A stretch of 64,000 bases of DNA from Tubiluchus corallicola. Lineage: Eukaryota > Animalia > Priapulida. This document shows positions 18,647-32,500 of this stretch, piece by piece. Numbering within the stretch: the first letter of the stretch is position 1; every line of letters begins with the position of its first letter. The notes below the pieces were generated by a model. It did not search any database. It was not told the origin of the DNA and saw only the letters and a program-made list of their open reading frames with translations. Made by a program: the position numbers and the translations under genes. The stretch is from contig JAQGDQ010000288.1 of assembly GCA_030141605.1 (NCBI GenBank), positions 231,859 through 295,858 of the forward strand, in the 5' to 3' direction.

Positions 18647-18974
18647 CAGTGGCGTAACTGATAGGGGAGCAACCACTCCCCGAGTATATTTTTCAAAATT
18701 GGTGCCTTTTCAACGTTTTTTCTTATTTGCATGTTTAAAATTTAAATACCACACACGTTCTATGATATTTTGAGATTGATGAACTTACTGTAAAACACTT
18801 TACAGTGTTTGAATTTTAAATACAAAATAACAATTATGTACTTCCTCAAGAAGTGTATCTTCCTCGTGTTTTGATTTTAAACTCAAAATTAAAATGTATA
18901 AAAGTGCATAAAAAATTGTCATGGCGTCTTTATATCCTTGCTGGCCGTAACTTTAGAACCTGGCTATGCCCCTG
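18647..18974. mobile_element. hAT-type MITE
   Basis: Ends CAGTGGCGTAAC ... GCTATGCCCCTG; 8-bp TSD CGAGTAAA / CGAGCAAA (1 mismatch). Confidence 0.7.
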
Positions 18975-20554
18975 CGAGCAAAATGTATCTTCACGTTTGT
19001 CACTGGTAATTGCTGCATAGTACTGTGCAAATTTTTATCTTGTCCACCATAATTGGGTACTGATACACTGCCTACTTGTCGCTAGCTTCCTATGTAAGAG
19101 TTGCAGTGTTCTGTACTGAGCTGTGTATCATCACAATTATCCACAACAGTTTTGGAAAATTACATACATCTACTAACATGGTGCACATGATATTTGAAGG
19201 TTAGTGTTAGTGGTAGTGCTAACCGATGTTGTGCTGTAGTAAGAAAAGATAGACAAAAACAACTAATTCAGTTTCGTGACAGGTTAGTGTAATGGTAAAA
19301 TTATCAAAACTAACTGTGCAGTCAAATCTTGCTAACACAATTTGGCTTTTAACAAAACTACCAATAATAGGACACATATCTTTCTTGTAAATAAACAGTC
19401 AGTATTATTTCTAACATTCACATTAGTAACAATACGCACTGGCTCTTGTTGTCTTAAAAGGTCAGTTGTGTCACTGTAACCTCGTGCTGCTGCAGTTTGT
19501 CAAGTGCATACTGTGAGCGCAAATATTCGATGTACGTAATTATTTCCTCAATAGAATTCCCAAAGCTGAATTTAATCACGGGGAAGATTTTTTAATGCAC
19601 AGTAGCTTGACGGCATAACAGGAATAGTAGAATGTGAGCTTGGTTACAAAGTTAAACAATGCTGGGCCCGATTATTGAGCAGACAGTAGCATGTAGTAAG
19701 CCCAGCTGTTGAATGACAGTGTGCCAAAAAGTATGGAAAAATAGTGTGAAGCACTATTACTAGTTATGCTTAATTTTTTGTAAGATACCAAACAATTTAT
19801 ACAAGAAACCTATCATGAACGCTAGAGATATGTGCAGCCTTTAGATAAATTACCAGAGTAAAAACAAGGGTAGAGAAAATAAGCTCAATGCATACGGTTT
19901 ATTATCAACGTGGCGTTTATTTTTATTATCAAATTATACGATAATTCAGCAATAAAACATAAAAAAATACGTATGCTTTTGTAATTACTTAAATTATGTT
20001 GAATTGACTTTCCTATATGTGTAAATTAAAAACTAAAAAACATTTGGCGTTTCTATGATTGTATCCTCTTCTGTTGTTATTGTCCTTAACTAGCGTTATG
20101 TTATCAGCTATGCTAGATTACATTACGACTCGCTTGTTATTATATCACTGTATTACATTATGTTACGTTGGGTTACCTTACATTACATTACACCAATAAA
20201 GTTTTGCAGTTTTCGAATAAATTTGCAGGATGATCATTCAAAAAGAGCATCTCTACCAGAATGGTACCTCAGTGCATACAGACACCGACATGTTAATATT
20301 TACGAAACAGGATTGGATCAATTCAGATCTAAATCCGCGAGCTATCCGCCTGGTCAAGCATCAATTACATTATGTTCATGTCAAGAACTAGATTAGTCAT
20401 GACTAACTACACCTCATCCATTGAGGCTTAGTCGTACACTGTAATTGTGTGACTAAGCTGTTTGCTTAGTCACAAAAATCTCTCTAAACCGCTGCTCGCG
20501 GATTAAAAATTATTGCTGCTTAAATGTTAATGATGAAGCGTAGGACGGTAGGCG

Positions 20555-23500
20555 TTACAGCTCATAGGAAGGATTATCGTAAGCCTTATCCACTGCGTTT
20601 GATGTAGGCGTTGTGTTTGACGTTGGGTTTTGTTGTATTTCCACCATTACCAGCAATTCTTTACAATGTTTTTTCCATCTGTGATCAAAGTCTTCCTGTT
20701 TGCTCGCACCTTTAACCAGTTTCTGTAAAAAAATCTCGTGTTAAACATCCGATTATTTCAGAAACAGCGCAGTAGAAATATGTTGACATACATACATACA
20801 TAATCTTTATTTAAAGTCGGGTGTACAACGGAAAAACATTAGCCAAATAGGCTATTCATACCGACTAAAATACACGATGCTAAAAATTTCACTGAAAATA
20901 GACATACAATATTATTCAAATTGGAAATATATAAACTAAATGAAAATGGGGTACTCTGCAAAATACAACAAAGTTATACAAACAAGGATAAAAACAAGAC
21001 AGTCACAGAAATGAATAATAGAAATAACTAAAAAGGTGAACATCACTTAATTCAGAGAATATGAATAAAATATGCGGATATAAAATGATCAGAAAATATT
21101 AAACTGCACAAGTTGAGCATTTACATAATTATGTCGCCGCTCCATTTGTTTAAGAACTCATCATAGTTAGTGGATATGCGCAAATGATTGGCTGAATAAC
21201 TTTTCCGCATTATTATGTGCTAAATATTTAAAATGTTATCATGAATATATTGGAACAAAAAAGTGAAGTTAGATGATAGAAAAATTACAGTTGCATCAGT
21301 ACAACACTATTTTTACGTTATTAAGATGTCGTAGTGCAGAAGTCCAGGTTGGTTTTAGACGAACTAGCAAATGTTAATGAAAAAAATCTGCACTGATTCT
21401 TCTGAAACATCCCGATTATTACAGATTCTGTTTAAACTAAAAAAACTAATTAAAGTTAATTTCAAAATTGGCAAAGCAATGCATGTCAAAGGAAACAACT
21501 TCGGGTGACTACTCAGCCACTAAAATCAATTGAATAAAATCACGAGAACAATGATACTCTTAGCCATATTATTATCAGGACATTGCACAAAGACGTTAGC
21601 GCTACTAGCCCTGTTGTTTCGGTTTTACTTACTTCGCGCAAGCTGTCTCCTTTTTGTTTCAAAACTGTAATTACAACCCAAACTGGTATTTGAACCACAG
21701 ACAAAGCGAACAAGAGCCAACCAATGACATCAGCCCATGCTGGAAAATAATCATCTTTGGACAGTAGTTCAAAATCCACCATGCCATAAACGAACACCAC
21801 CTAAAGCAAGTTAAAAATTAACGGAGAGAAAGAAAGTAGCCCGTAATTATATAAACAAATTAACTTAGTTACATTACGAATGTGTTTACAAATTGTTAGT
21901 TAACTTAGAATTTTACGGTGCCTAAAAGTGGGAGAGTATGTGACCTAATGCCACAAGGTTTTAAGTTCAAATTTTGGTTAACTCAAAATTTATCAGCGCC
22001 TTTCTCCTTGAATTAATTAGCTACTGAGTTAATTGTCGATTATATGTAAAACGTTAGGTTTATTAATTCTAACTTATCACAATTCAGTATCTGAAAAGTC
22101 CATCGTAAAGCCATTTCCACTCTTACAAGCGAAAACTTAGCAAGTTACAATTGCCGTTATCAAGAAGAGAAAGAAATGCTAAAAATTCTGTTCCAAATCA
22201 GGATTTGAAGTCCATACTTTACAGTCTGCCTTTTGTTGAGGATGTATTGAACAACAACACCAGCATCGAAAATATGCAACAACAATAACAAACAAAAACA
22301 ACAGTTCTTACGTTAGTGCAGGACAAAGCCCTGGATTAACCATTGAACAAAATAAGCACGTGCTTATAGGTGCTCAGGGGAGGAGGGGCAACAGTTTACA
22401 ATTCCCCCCACACACAAAAATATTTCGGTAAGCGGATTAGGATTAGAGTTAGGGTTAGGGTTGGGGTTAGGGTTATGGCATTCAAATTGTGTGGGGAATT
22501 GTAAACTTTCCAGGTTTTTTTTCAAATTGTATAATTACCCAAAAGTAAAATATACCCGAATATGTGTCGGTTTCAGTGTTTGTTTACAATATGACGGTAC
22601 GGACTGACATTGACCTTCTAACTATTATGCAATCTGATATGCTCACTGCCCATTTGATGACATTAATTGATTATGTAATGTCGTCTCTGTATTTTTAATC
22701 TAACGTCACCTTTCTGTGCAAGGTAAATCTGATACCCTGGCATTTACTGTAAACAAATCTTACTGCAAGTTTTTCTCATTTTTAAAGATAAAATTTCATT
22801 TTATAATTTAGCATTGTTTTTATTCTGGATTACACATATGTAGAGTACCTCTTGAGGTCTTCATCCGGCCATGGCAGAAGTGCGAAATAAAATTACATAA
22901 GGATAAAATGCGGCGTTTTCAGTGGCGGCTCTTATATAGGTACTGTTGTACTGCAACACCCCTTGTTTTCACTCATTATTATCGATAATTTTCAATGTAA
23001 TAATCTTTTTCTTTAGTTCTTCCTTTACACTTGTACGGAACCAGAGCACGTGAGGGCAGTACAATTTGCTTCACAGCCCAAGCAACGCGGTGTTTGGCTG
23101 CTGTGGGGATGCGGCCATGCGCACATGTCTGAGATAAGACACTATACTTTAGGTAGAAAGAGTACTGTCGCTCACTGCAGTACCTGTTGTCAGATGTCAC
23201 GTGCTTAAAAACCATGTATCGGCATATTCTTGGGCTGCGACAATTTAGACTATTCGTAAGAAAACAATATTTTTTGTTTTAGGAGTTTATCAAGGTTATG
23301 TTTATATTCGTTTGTTTGTTTAAAATTACAATTACAACATTATAATTACATATATTTGTTTCGTTTTACACAGTATTAAAACAATGGCTAAAAATTTTAA
23401 TTTTACAGCACCCCCACTAATCTTAGCTTCGAGCCACTACTGGGCGTCTTAATTAATTAACAAATTAATTACACGTATAATAAATACCAAAATCAAAATG

Positions 23501-26500
23501 GGTGCAATTACTATCCACGTGGCTATCCAGTAAACGCCAGGCTTAAATCCCAGCATGGCAAGGATATTATTACTGAACTGCTTATATCCATAAATCCACA
23601 TTATCGCTGCAATTTCAAAGAAAGCAATCAGAGATACAGCGAGATCTCCGCCATATTTGTCCATGAGTGACCACACATATAAGCCACCCTGCAAATGTCA
23701 AGAATATAGAACGTTGTAAATTGGTGTGTATCTAAAATGTTTTCACATCTCGGCGACTCGGAGCATCTGGATGCTTCCCGAAATGGAAGATCAGTGAAAG
23801 CACTGTTATCATATTATTATGCTTTTTATTTCAGGCAAAATGTCCTGTATTCAAATATTTACATGATTACAAACAAAATTAAGATAAAGCTGACATAAAA
23901 ATAATTACAAATTCAATAAAATGGCCCTAAAAATTTATATAAATTGAAAATTTGGAGATAAAAGTTCATTCTACGACATGAACATACTCGATTTATATAG
24001 TACATCAGAGTTCACAATATCAACACAAACCGCTCTGGGTTTCTTCAAGTTATAGTTCATTATAGATTCGAACGTGGTGACACGCAGAGGAGTCAGAAGA
24101 GTAAACTAAATGAGCAAAATGCTCCTCTAATTCTACATAATTATGATTACATTATTTTAATGGTGACTTACGCTAAAAAATAAAGGCTTGGAGATATGCG
24201 GTTAATAAGCCAAGTTCATTTTTGAAAGTTGGGTGAATGATATGTACAACACTGAATTATTGTTAAAGGCAAGAATTGAAACTTTGGAATGTACTGAACT
24301 GAAGTGAATTGGACTGAACTAAGGAAAAATCTTTACTCATACTTTTCCCTTCCGCAGAAACAGCTGAAGCTTTCCCAAAGTTTGTTTTTTGCATTTACTA
24401 TGCATTTTTGTTCGTTTTAGCATTTTAATAACATTTGTAATAACATTTTAATTAATTTTGTTCTATATTTAATCAACTTATTATCGATATTGCTCACAAT
24501 CGGTGTTTTTGGTCTGTGTTTTAAGCTGCGTGTTTTATGTTTTGTGTCTACGTTAATTGTCAATGTCTGGTATCGATGTACATGTAATTAAAATTAAGTA
24601 ACTTGTTATTTAAAGTTTCGAGTAAATAATATGAATTAAAACCTAAGATGCTTCTTAGATAATTCTACTGTATACCTATTATGGTATAAGGATCCCTATA
24701 ACGGTATAAGTTGTTAAATGTCATTAACGAATTTTGCGCCAAGCAATGTCTTAAGTCACTCAATGTCTCATCATTTTAAGTCATAAATTAGCCAATAAAT
24801 GACGTTTTTTCAGGAAAAATGTTGCTAAAATTCTGTAAATGTTTAACTAGGTCGTCTTCGTTCTACCAAATTTCGTGAAAGCACGTGTAAATTCGGTAAC
24901 TGAAATATTAAGATCTTGAAACTTGGTAAAGCTCCGCACTATTCAAAGTGTACCGGGAGGTAATCAAAGCTAATTCGTCTAACGGGACACGTGATAATTG
25001 TAGTGGCACGTGTGATATCACGATGTGTATAATAACATGATAGCCCAGTTTTCCGAGAAGCCATGTTTTTCTATCAGCCTAATGATTGTAAATGCAGTAT
25101 AATGTATAATGTAACACTGTTAAACATCATCTGAACAATATAAATTGCTAGATACTAGGAAAATAATGACCATCTACTTACGTGAGTTGTGCTTGGTAAA
25201 GCTATGGTAAAGCAAGATACACAGAAGACGAGAGTGAAAATGAATTTGTGCTGCCTTAGCGTGACAAATTGATCCGTGACAGAAGACATCGCACATTCCA
25301 GGAGAGCAAACTAAATGACAATGCAAACTAAATTAGATTTTTCAACTTGTCATCACTGTAGAATCAAGTAAGTGCCATAAACAGCTAATAAAAGTGCTGC
25401 AAGTTTTCATTCTTAGTTTTTTATGCTTAAAGGAAAGCAAAGCCATCTGGGAAGTTAAGCTTATTTCATTTCTTGCGAAGAATCTTAGAAGGATTAAGTA
25501 ATAAAAGCAGGATAAACGAATCGCGTAATTAGTAAAACCATTTTAAGGTAGCGATTATTTTACACATTAAGCACTCCCATTTTGAACACCCATTTTCCAC
25601 CAAGGAGGTTGTTTATTGATTGAAGAAAAGCAGCCCACTGTCAGCTTCTGTCAAAAGTGCAATAAGTTCTCATAAAAAATTAGATAGCCAATTTGTGATA
25701 TTCTTGTATGGTAAGCTGCAGAAGTCTGAATTAGTTTAAGCATAAGCGTACACTTACAGAAAGCCACGATGCGTTTATAAAAAGTCACTAAGTCCAACAG
25801 TTATGCAAGTAAATGGCGGCTACCATCGCACTTAAAAATTTCTTTACAGCGGTAGTATGAATTAGCTTTATGCTTTATAGACAGTTTTTGCAGACTTCTT
25901 TATTAGTCGTTTCTAAGTTTAAGTGATAAGAGCAAAATAAACTCAATATGCTAAGTAACTTGTCCTTTCCAATAAAAGTTATTCATGCCACCCAAGATAT
26001 TTCTGAATAAACATGTCGGCGTGTAACTTAGCTTTTCTTACTAAACTGTAAAAAAATATGTTTGCAAGTTACCTCACTATCCAGCCCGAGTGTAAACAGC
26101 ATGAAGAAGAAAATGATAGCCCACAATTGGGCAACAGGTAGTCGGGCCACCGCTTCCGGATATGCCACAAAAGTTAACCCAGGACCTGTCACAGAACATC
26201 GATGATTATATACAACTTGTATGTTAAAATTATAACTCGAACGGTATAAGCTACTCGCAAAAATAATATACAGCTACTTAAAATAAAGCAAAGCCGCCGC
26301 ATAAAAACACATATCCTATGACCAGTGCACTCTTTGAGGATAATAAAGACCAAAGTACCAACCCATTTTTAGATATCATACCACGTCTTCAACTAACAGA
26401 AGTAAAACGCTTACTGTTTCAGTTCTTTGGCAGCCATCAACACAAAACTCATAGATACAGTTTTTCACACCACAGTTAATAGACAACACAAGTATATTTT

Positions 26501-29500
26501 CGTATAATATTAATAACTCAAAGGAGTTTATCAGTGTTGAACACAAACATATGATGTTAGCATACTTTTTTAGTTTTGACAAAGCACCTACAGTTAAATA
26601 CTGTCAAGAAAAAATCTTACATAAAACCTGTTACCAGGTTAACTAGTACTAACAGTAGTTGTTGGTTTGTTGCATAGTATTTTCAGTCAAAGGTTTAGAA
26701 ATGTACAAATCCATAAAAGATCTAAGAGCCACGTACCTCCCCGTACTACATCTCTTATATCCTCTATTCCTAGATCATACTTGAGCGCTCCAATTACAGA
26801 AAACACCACAAATCCAGCAATGATACTAGTGACTGTATCCAAGCTGCTGACAACGATGGCATCGCGATAGCAGTTGTGTCGAAACTTATTGTAACTGGCG
26901 AACATGATCAGACAACCCCAGCCCACTGACAGGGAAAAGAATACCTGCCCCAAAGCATTTCGCCACACCTAGTTATTAAAATAACAGCAAAAATAGATCC
27001 AGTAAGGTCTAAAAACGGTGGTGAATGCAGTTGGATGAGGCATGTACAAGAATTTTAACACAAAAGGCCCAATAGATGCAATAGCACCAGATTAAATCAT
27101 TAAAATTATGCTGTTACTATAACGTTTGTGGCAGTGAGTGACAGAAGCCCAGTAGCAGAAACTATAGATAATAACGGCCAGATTACTTCTGTGCTGGCAG
27201 TGCAGAAAATGACAACAATCATCGGCTTACTGCATGCAGGATCTACCAACAAGGAGGATTTACTGGTGTTTATAATTTCCGCACGAGAACAAGTGGACAC
27301 CCAGAAGCTGATTAAACTTGAGTTAATTTGGGAAAGTATCTTGGGGAAGGCGCCACACCAAGCTTCGGTGCCCTGGTGCAAGAAAATGGTTCGGATGTTT
27401 ATTTATTTATTTATTCATTTACTTTTGAATTACAGATTAATTATATATTTAAAATTATTTATTCATTAATACTATTATACTGTTATACTATTAATACATT
27501 TATACTATTATCTAAATCACCGTAAACCAAAAGCGTAAAACAATAGACGAATACTTGTTGAGAGTACCAGACTGTTCTATGCACGATCGTGGTTTGAAAA
27601 AAGTTGAACAAAAAGGAATGAAGGAACTGGGAAACTGAGAAGAAAGCATGAGAGAAACAGAGGGAGACAGAGAGAAAGGGAAAGAGGGAGAATAGGGGGA
27701 AAGAGAAGAAAGAGATTGCTTACATTGATGGCTTGTATCAAAAAATCTACGTTTCTGCTAAACACCTGTCGAATTCACAGTTTTACACATTTCTTAATTT
27801 TACATTTGGATTGATATTTCTTAATCTTACATTTGGATTGGTTAGTTGATCCCATCTAGGTTCAATAAAATGGATAATTCCTTCTTTGGCGCCATCTAGC
27901 GTCGCTCCTCGAATGAGCAAAACAATCAAAACAACATAGGGAAAAGTCGCAGTAAAATAAACAACCTGGATTAGATAAAATTATGAGTATTACATTAACA
28001 CTTTCATCATTTTTGTGACAAAAAATGGTTCAATTCAAATTCTGCTTTCTGTAAATTAAGTGAATTTTGTGTTATTTTTTTACGCAATATGGTTCATTCT
28101 GTGAATTTTCAGCATCTCCTTATTTGTCAAGAGGATAATATGGGCAAAGCCTTACTGTAAATAGTTTAAACAACAGCAACAGATTACTAAGTATATACAG
28201 TGTTACAATAGAGAACATAAGAACTATATAGGATAGGAGCTCTGTGGCTCGAACTTATATTAAACAACCTATATATATACTCAAAACAATCTGCTCTATC
28301 TGCTCTATGAAGATTGAAAGGGAACATACTATTTTATCAAGAATAACTTACGTGAAAGAATTATTATCACAGAAACGTAATTTCGCGTTTTCACGTCTAA
28401 TTCTTCACTTTTACATGCATTTCGCCATTCGCTAGTTAGACGGGCAACGGGCTCTAGCGTCTACATCTCGAAACGCGTTGCACAAAAAACAATTTCAGAA
28501 GTGTTCGGTTGTGACATAGTACACACGGCCGAGAGCTCATGCTCACAGCAGTAAACTAGAAATTTCAATTTTAAATTTAAAATTTGCCGGGTTTTTGTAT
28601 ATCATACTGAATGTCGGACAGTAGCACTGTATTTCAATTTCCACTTTCGCAAAAACGCGCAACACGCTCATGGAATGTTGCTGCTGTTGAAAATTATGTT
28701 CAGTTGTGATGTCATTAATAGTTGGGCTCGCCCGCTATTAATTAAGTTTTTAATCTATTATTTAATTATCGGAAACGCTTTGGCATTATTATAGGTGCTA
28801 AAATGTATACTTTTTACCGTACTTCAAAATGGGATGCGATATGAGAAATCATGTTGTTTTCATTTAAGCATTCTTTCGACAGTTGCAACAACTCGGAGAA
28901 ATTCATTGTAACTCATACAGACAAAAGAAGAGAATTGCTATTTACTTCACTTCTGAGGTCCACAAGAAAAGCTGAACACTAATTGAACTAACTTTTATGT
29001 CAAGAAATATCAAAATTAATAAAATTATTTTCCTTTTTTACCTTGCCGGATGACTTTATGCCCTTCATAAGACAAATAAATACAATGATCCAAGACAGTA
29101 GTAGATTCAGAACCACGTCCCACTTGATACCTCCTAAATCAGCGATGGTATATGAGTGGTCGATCGTACCATTAGGCGTACCTGATACATCATTTAAACC
29201 AAGAACCTTATTTCTAAAATAAAAACAAACCGAATTTAAAACTACATTTTCTAGTTATAGGCTAATTCACAGTAAGTACATTATTGTCTTTGGTATTTAG
29301 CCCTATTTTTCTTACCTAAATGAATACATTTGCATACAAACTCCAAACTTTGATTACGAAGTGAAGTAAAGCAAAATTTTAATATAACGTCGACGTCTTC
29401 TTTCACCCAAAATATGGAAATTTAGCTCGAATAGTCTAACTAGTCTCTTAAAGGGCCTGAAACAAGTCTAAGATTAGGAAGGTGTTGTAAAGGGAAACAG

Positions 29501-32500
29501 TGCAGTCTATTGATCAGAACACAATAAAGTTAGGCTTTTTATTTTAAGTCAAGTAGTCATTCAGAGATTATGCTATAACAACTGCTAGTAGTGTTGCAAT
29601 TGACTTCTAGACAAAATTTAGAACAACAGACACAGACTGAGTTTGGGCTTCTGCACTGTGGCAAAATACTGACGTTAAAATAACATTATATTTGTGTGAC
29701 TTCCATTTTCCCACCGTATAAGTTTTTGTACAGACTATTTTTGCACATCCTGTATTAATTATTACCGTGCAAGATACTGAGGAAACCGTTATTATATTAA
29801 TACGCGCATGTCCGATATAGTGCTCGCTGATACTTACTCCCAATACTCCTCGGCTGCACTTTTCAACTGAAAGCTTCCGTTGAATGATGTACTCGCATTC
29901 CAGTAATCAATGTAACTTTGGCTGACGTTTTCACCGGTGATTTTACAAGCAACTGTGTTCCACTCATTATCACATGTAGTCCAAGGCAAAACACTCTGCA
30001 TTGAAGCCCACATGTAGTATAAAGTATACGACATAACTACATTGTAATAAATAGCAACGATGAGGCTGACAATCACCATAGCTACTCCAACTCCTGCAAA
30101 GCCAAAAACTGTGTTAAGAGTGGAAATTTGCAGTTTCTTTTTTCTTTTTCCTTTTTTCAGACGCCATAGAAGCGACATACGGGGCTAGTTTCTTTCAAAA
30201 TTGATATCGAAGAGTGTAAGTAGACATTAGAGTTGCCTTCACCTACAGCAAAATCATATCCTGGGGAAGGGCGGATGGTGCTCTACAAAAAGAATTTGCC
30301 TTCTCATAATAAGATAAGATAAGATGCACTAAATATCCATAATATCAACACACACATACAATAAAAACTACTACATATGCACAGTAGCTGCCACATCACA
30401 CTAGACAAAAATACTACTACAATAAAATTATTTACAGATGAACAATTTAACAAAATACATGCACAAGATTCAAAGATTTAAAATTAAAAGATGCATACAG
30501 CTGATTTATCCAATACTGATCAATTTTATATAAAAATATACAATCATGTTAAAAATTTCATTTGTCAAACTGTTATGATTATTAAAAAGGTGCATCTTTG
30601 GACTGCAAATATTTTTTCCGTAAAATAGTGTCAAAATAGAGCACTTCGAGAACAAAACGCATGCTTCTGGAGGAGCAATCGAAAGGTTTTTTTAAAAAGC
30701 GTGCGTATTCCTTTATTATAAACGTATAATAGTAACGAAACTATAATAGTAAAAGTTGTGTCAACGTGCTGAGCAATAAAAATTTATACAGTTTTTAAGT
30801 ATCTTATAGTTTACTGACGAACAAAACAATACAATATACAAGACAATGTACATAAAAAAGTCATACATCACACACTGCATCCCAACATTTGGGATGTCGC
30901 ATTTCCAATGAGGCATTAATAAAATTCGATTGACCTGGATGCTACATTTGGAAGAAGTACGAATCAGCTTGTTCGACCTGATATAAAAAGAGACCGCTGT
31001 CTCTCGATATCTTTGTCATCTCTTCCCTGATTGTCAGTTACTTGACTCAAAAACTTTTCACAGCTGTCTTGCTATGGTAATGTGTCACCTATTATTGCTC
31101 AGCCTCATATCACCTGTTGGTAATTTGCTCGTGCTATTTGGCTTAACAGAAAGTACTTTAGTTGATGCAAACTCATTATAAATATTGATTAATTGTTGAA
31201 AAGCAATGCTTGTCAAAGACAAAAGACAAGCATATAAGAGCTGATTAACATGCCTTTTACCGACTGCGCAACCAAGTTTAGAATTAGCAAGTTGTACACT
31301 TAAATCATAAAAATACGAATTAAAAAGTTTGGGAGACAGTAATACTATTCGAAACTGTAAAGGGCTCAGAAATAATATCTCCCAACTCACACGCATGTGC
31401 TGTGTTGTGCACCTTCACTCTATAGACGTAATTGATTAACTCAGTTCAACTCACTGCAAATCTAATTTCAAGTTCACTTCAGGTAAACGCCTGAACTAGG
31501 CCTGGCCAAATAAAAACGTAACTACAAATGTATTATTTACATTGAGTGTATGATAATGATAGTGATTGTGTCCACCATGACATCAACAACAGCAACGACA
31601 ACGACAGGACTGGTCCCTCTGGGCCTTCTTGGAATGTGATAGTGAAGAACATATAGCCGCCTACTGCATATTTTTTTATAATGTTATTGTTCAGTAAAGT
31701 GGTATTACAGAATCTAATAAAATAGCACTTCATTTTTTTCACAAAGCAAGGTACCTCCGTGTCACTTCAACATTTTCCGTAATTAGCTAGGTTACTATAC
31801 TATTAACTGCCGTATACCTTTAGCAATAGGGACGCAACTCCATATTGTTAACGGAGCATGTCCAGCATATTGTCCAAAAGCCAATTCCATGTAATACATA
31901 GGCTTTCCAACTAGGAAAAGCACTATAATGTACGGTATAAGAAATGCCCCTGAAAAATATTGTATCACACATGTGATTTGCGATAGTTTTCAGTTCAGTC
32001 AAAAGTCATTTGATGTCAGCCAAAGTATTTGCCCTGTTTGGCAAATTTAATAGCAAATATACCAATCGCTTACTTCCTGCAGCTGGGTAGATGATAATAT
32101 GAGTGCACAAAGTCACAAATTTAGCATCTTGCAATGTGACTAATACTGCAGCTGGATAGATGGTAACAGGAGTGCACTAAGAAATAAACTTAAGATCCTG
32201 CAATGCGACTAATACTGCAGTTGGATAGAGGGTAACATGAGTGCACTAACTCATAAACTTAAGATCTTACAATGTAACTAATACTGCAGTGGGATAGAGG
32301 GTAACATGAGTGCACAAAGTCATAAACTTAAGATCTTGCAAAGTGACTTTCTTACAGGGGACTCTCTGTTTCTTGACTAATAAATTTTCAGTCACCCAGT
32401 TAATACTCTGTTACGAACAGATGTCATTGTTTCACTACTTTGATGTACCTACTTTGCTCCTGTTAGGCGTCCTATTAAAACCTCTCCGCATAAAGTTTCG

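Noticed and set aside
27106-27525. Overlapping ORFs of 65-113 aa in SLC6 intron 7
   Set aside because: No recognisable domain, mostly non-ATG starts, runs into low-complexity AT sequence
32075-32347. Regular repeats resembling a CRISPR array (also 60178-60395)
   Set aside because: Units are contiguous and degenerate with no unique spacers, there are no cas genes, and the context is a eukaryotic intron; these are minisatellites
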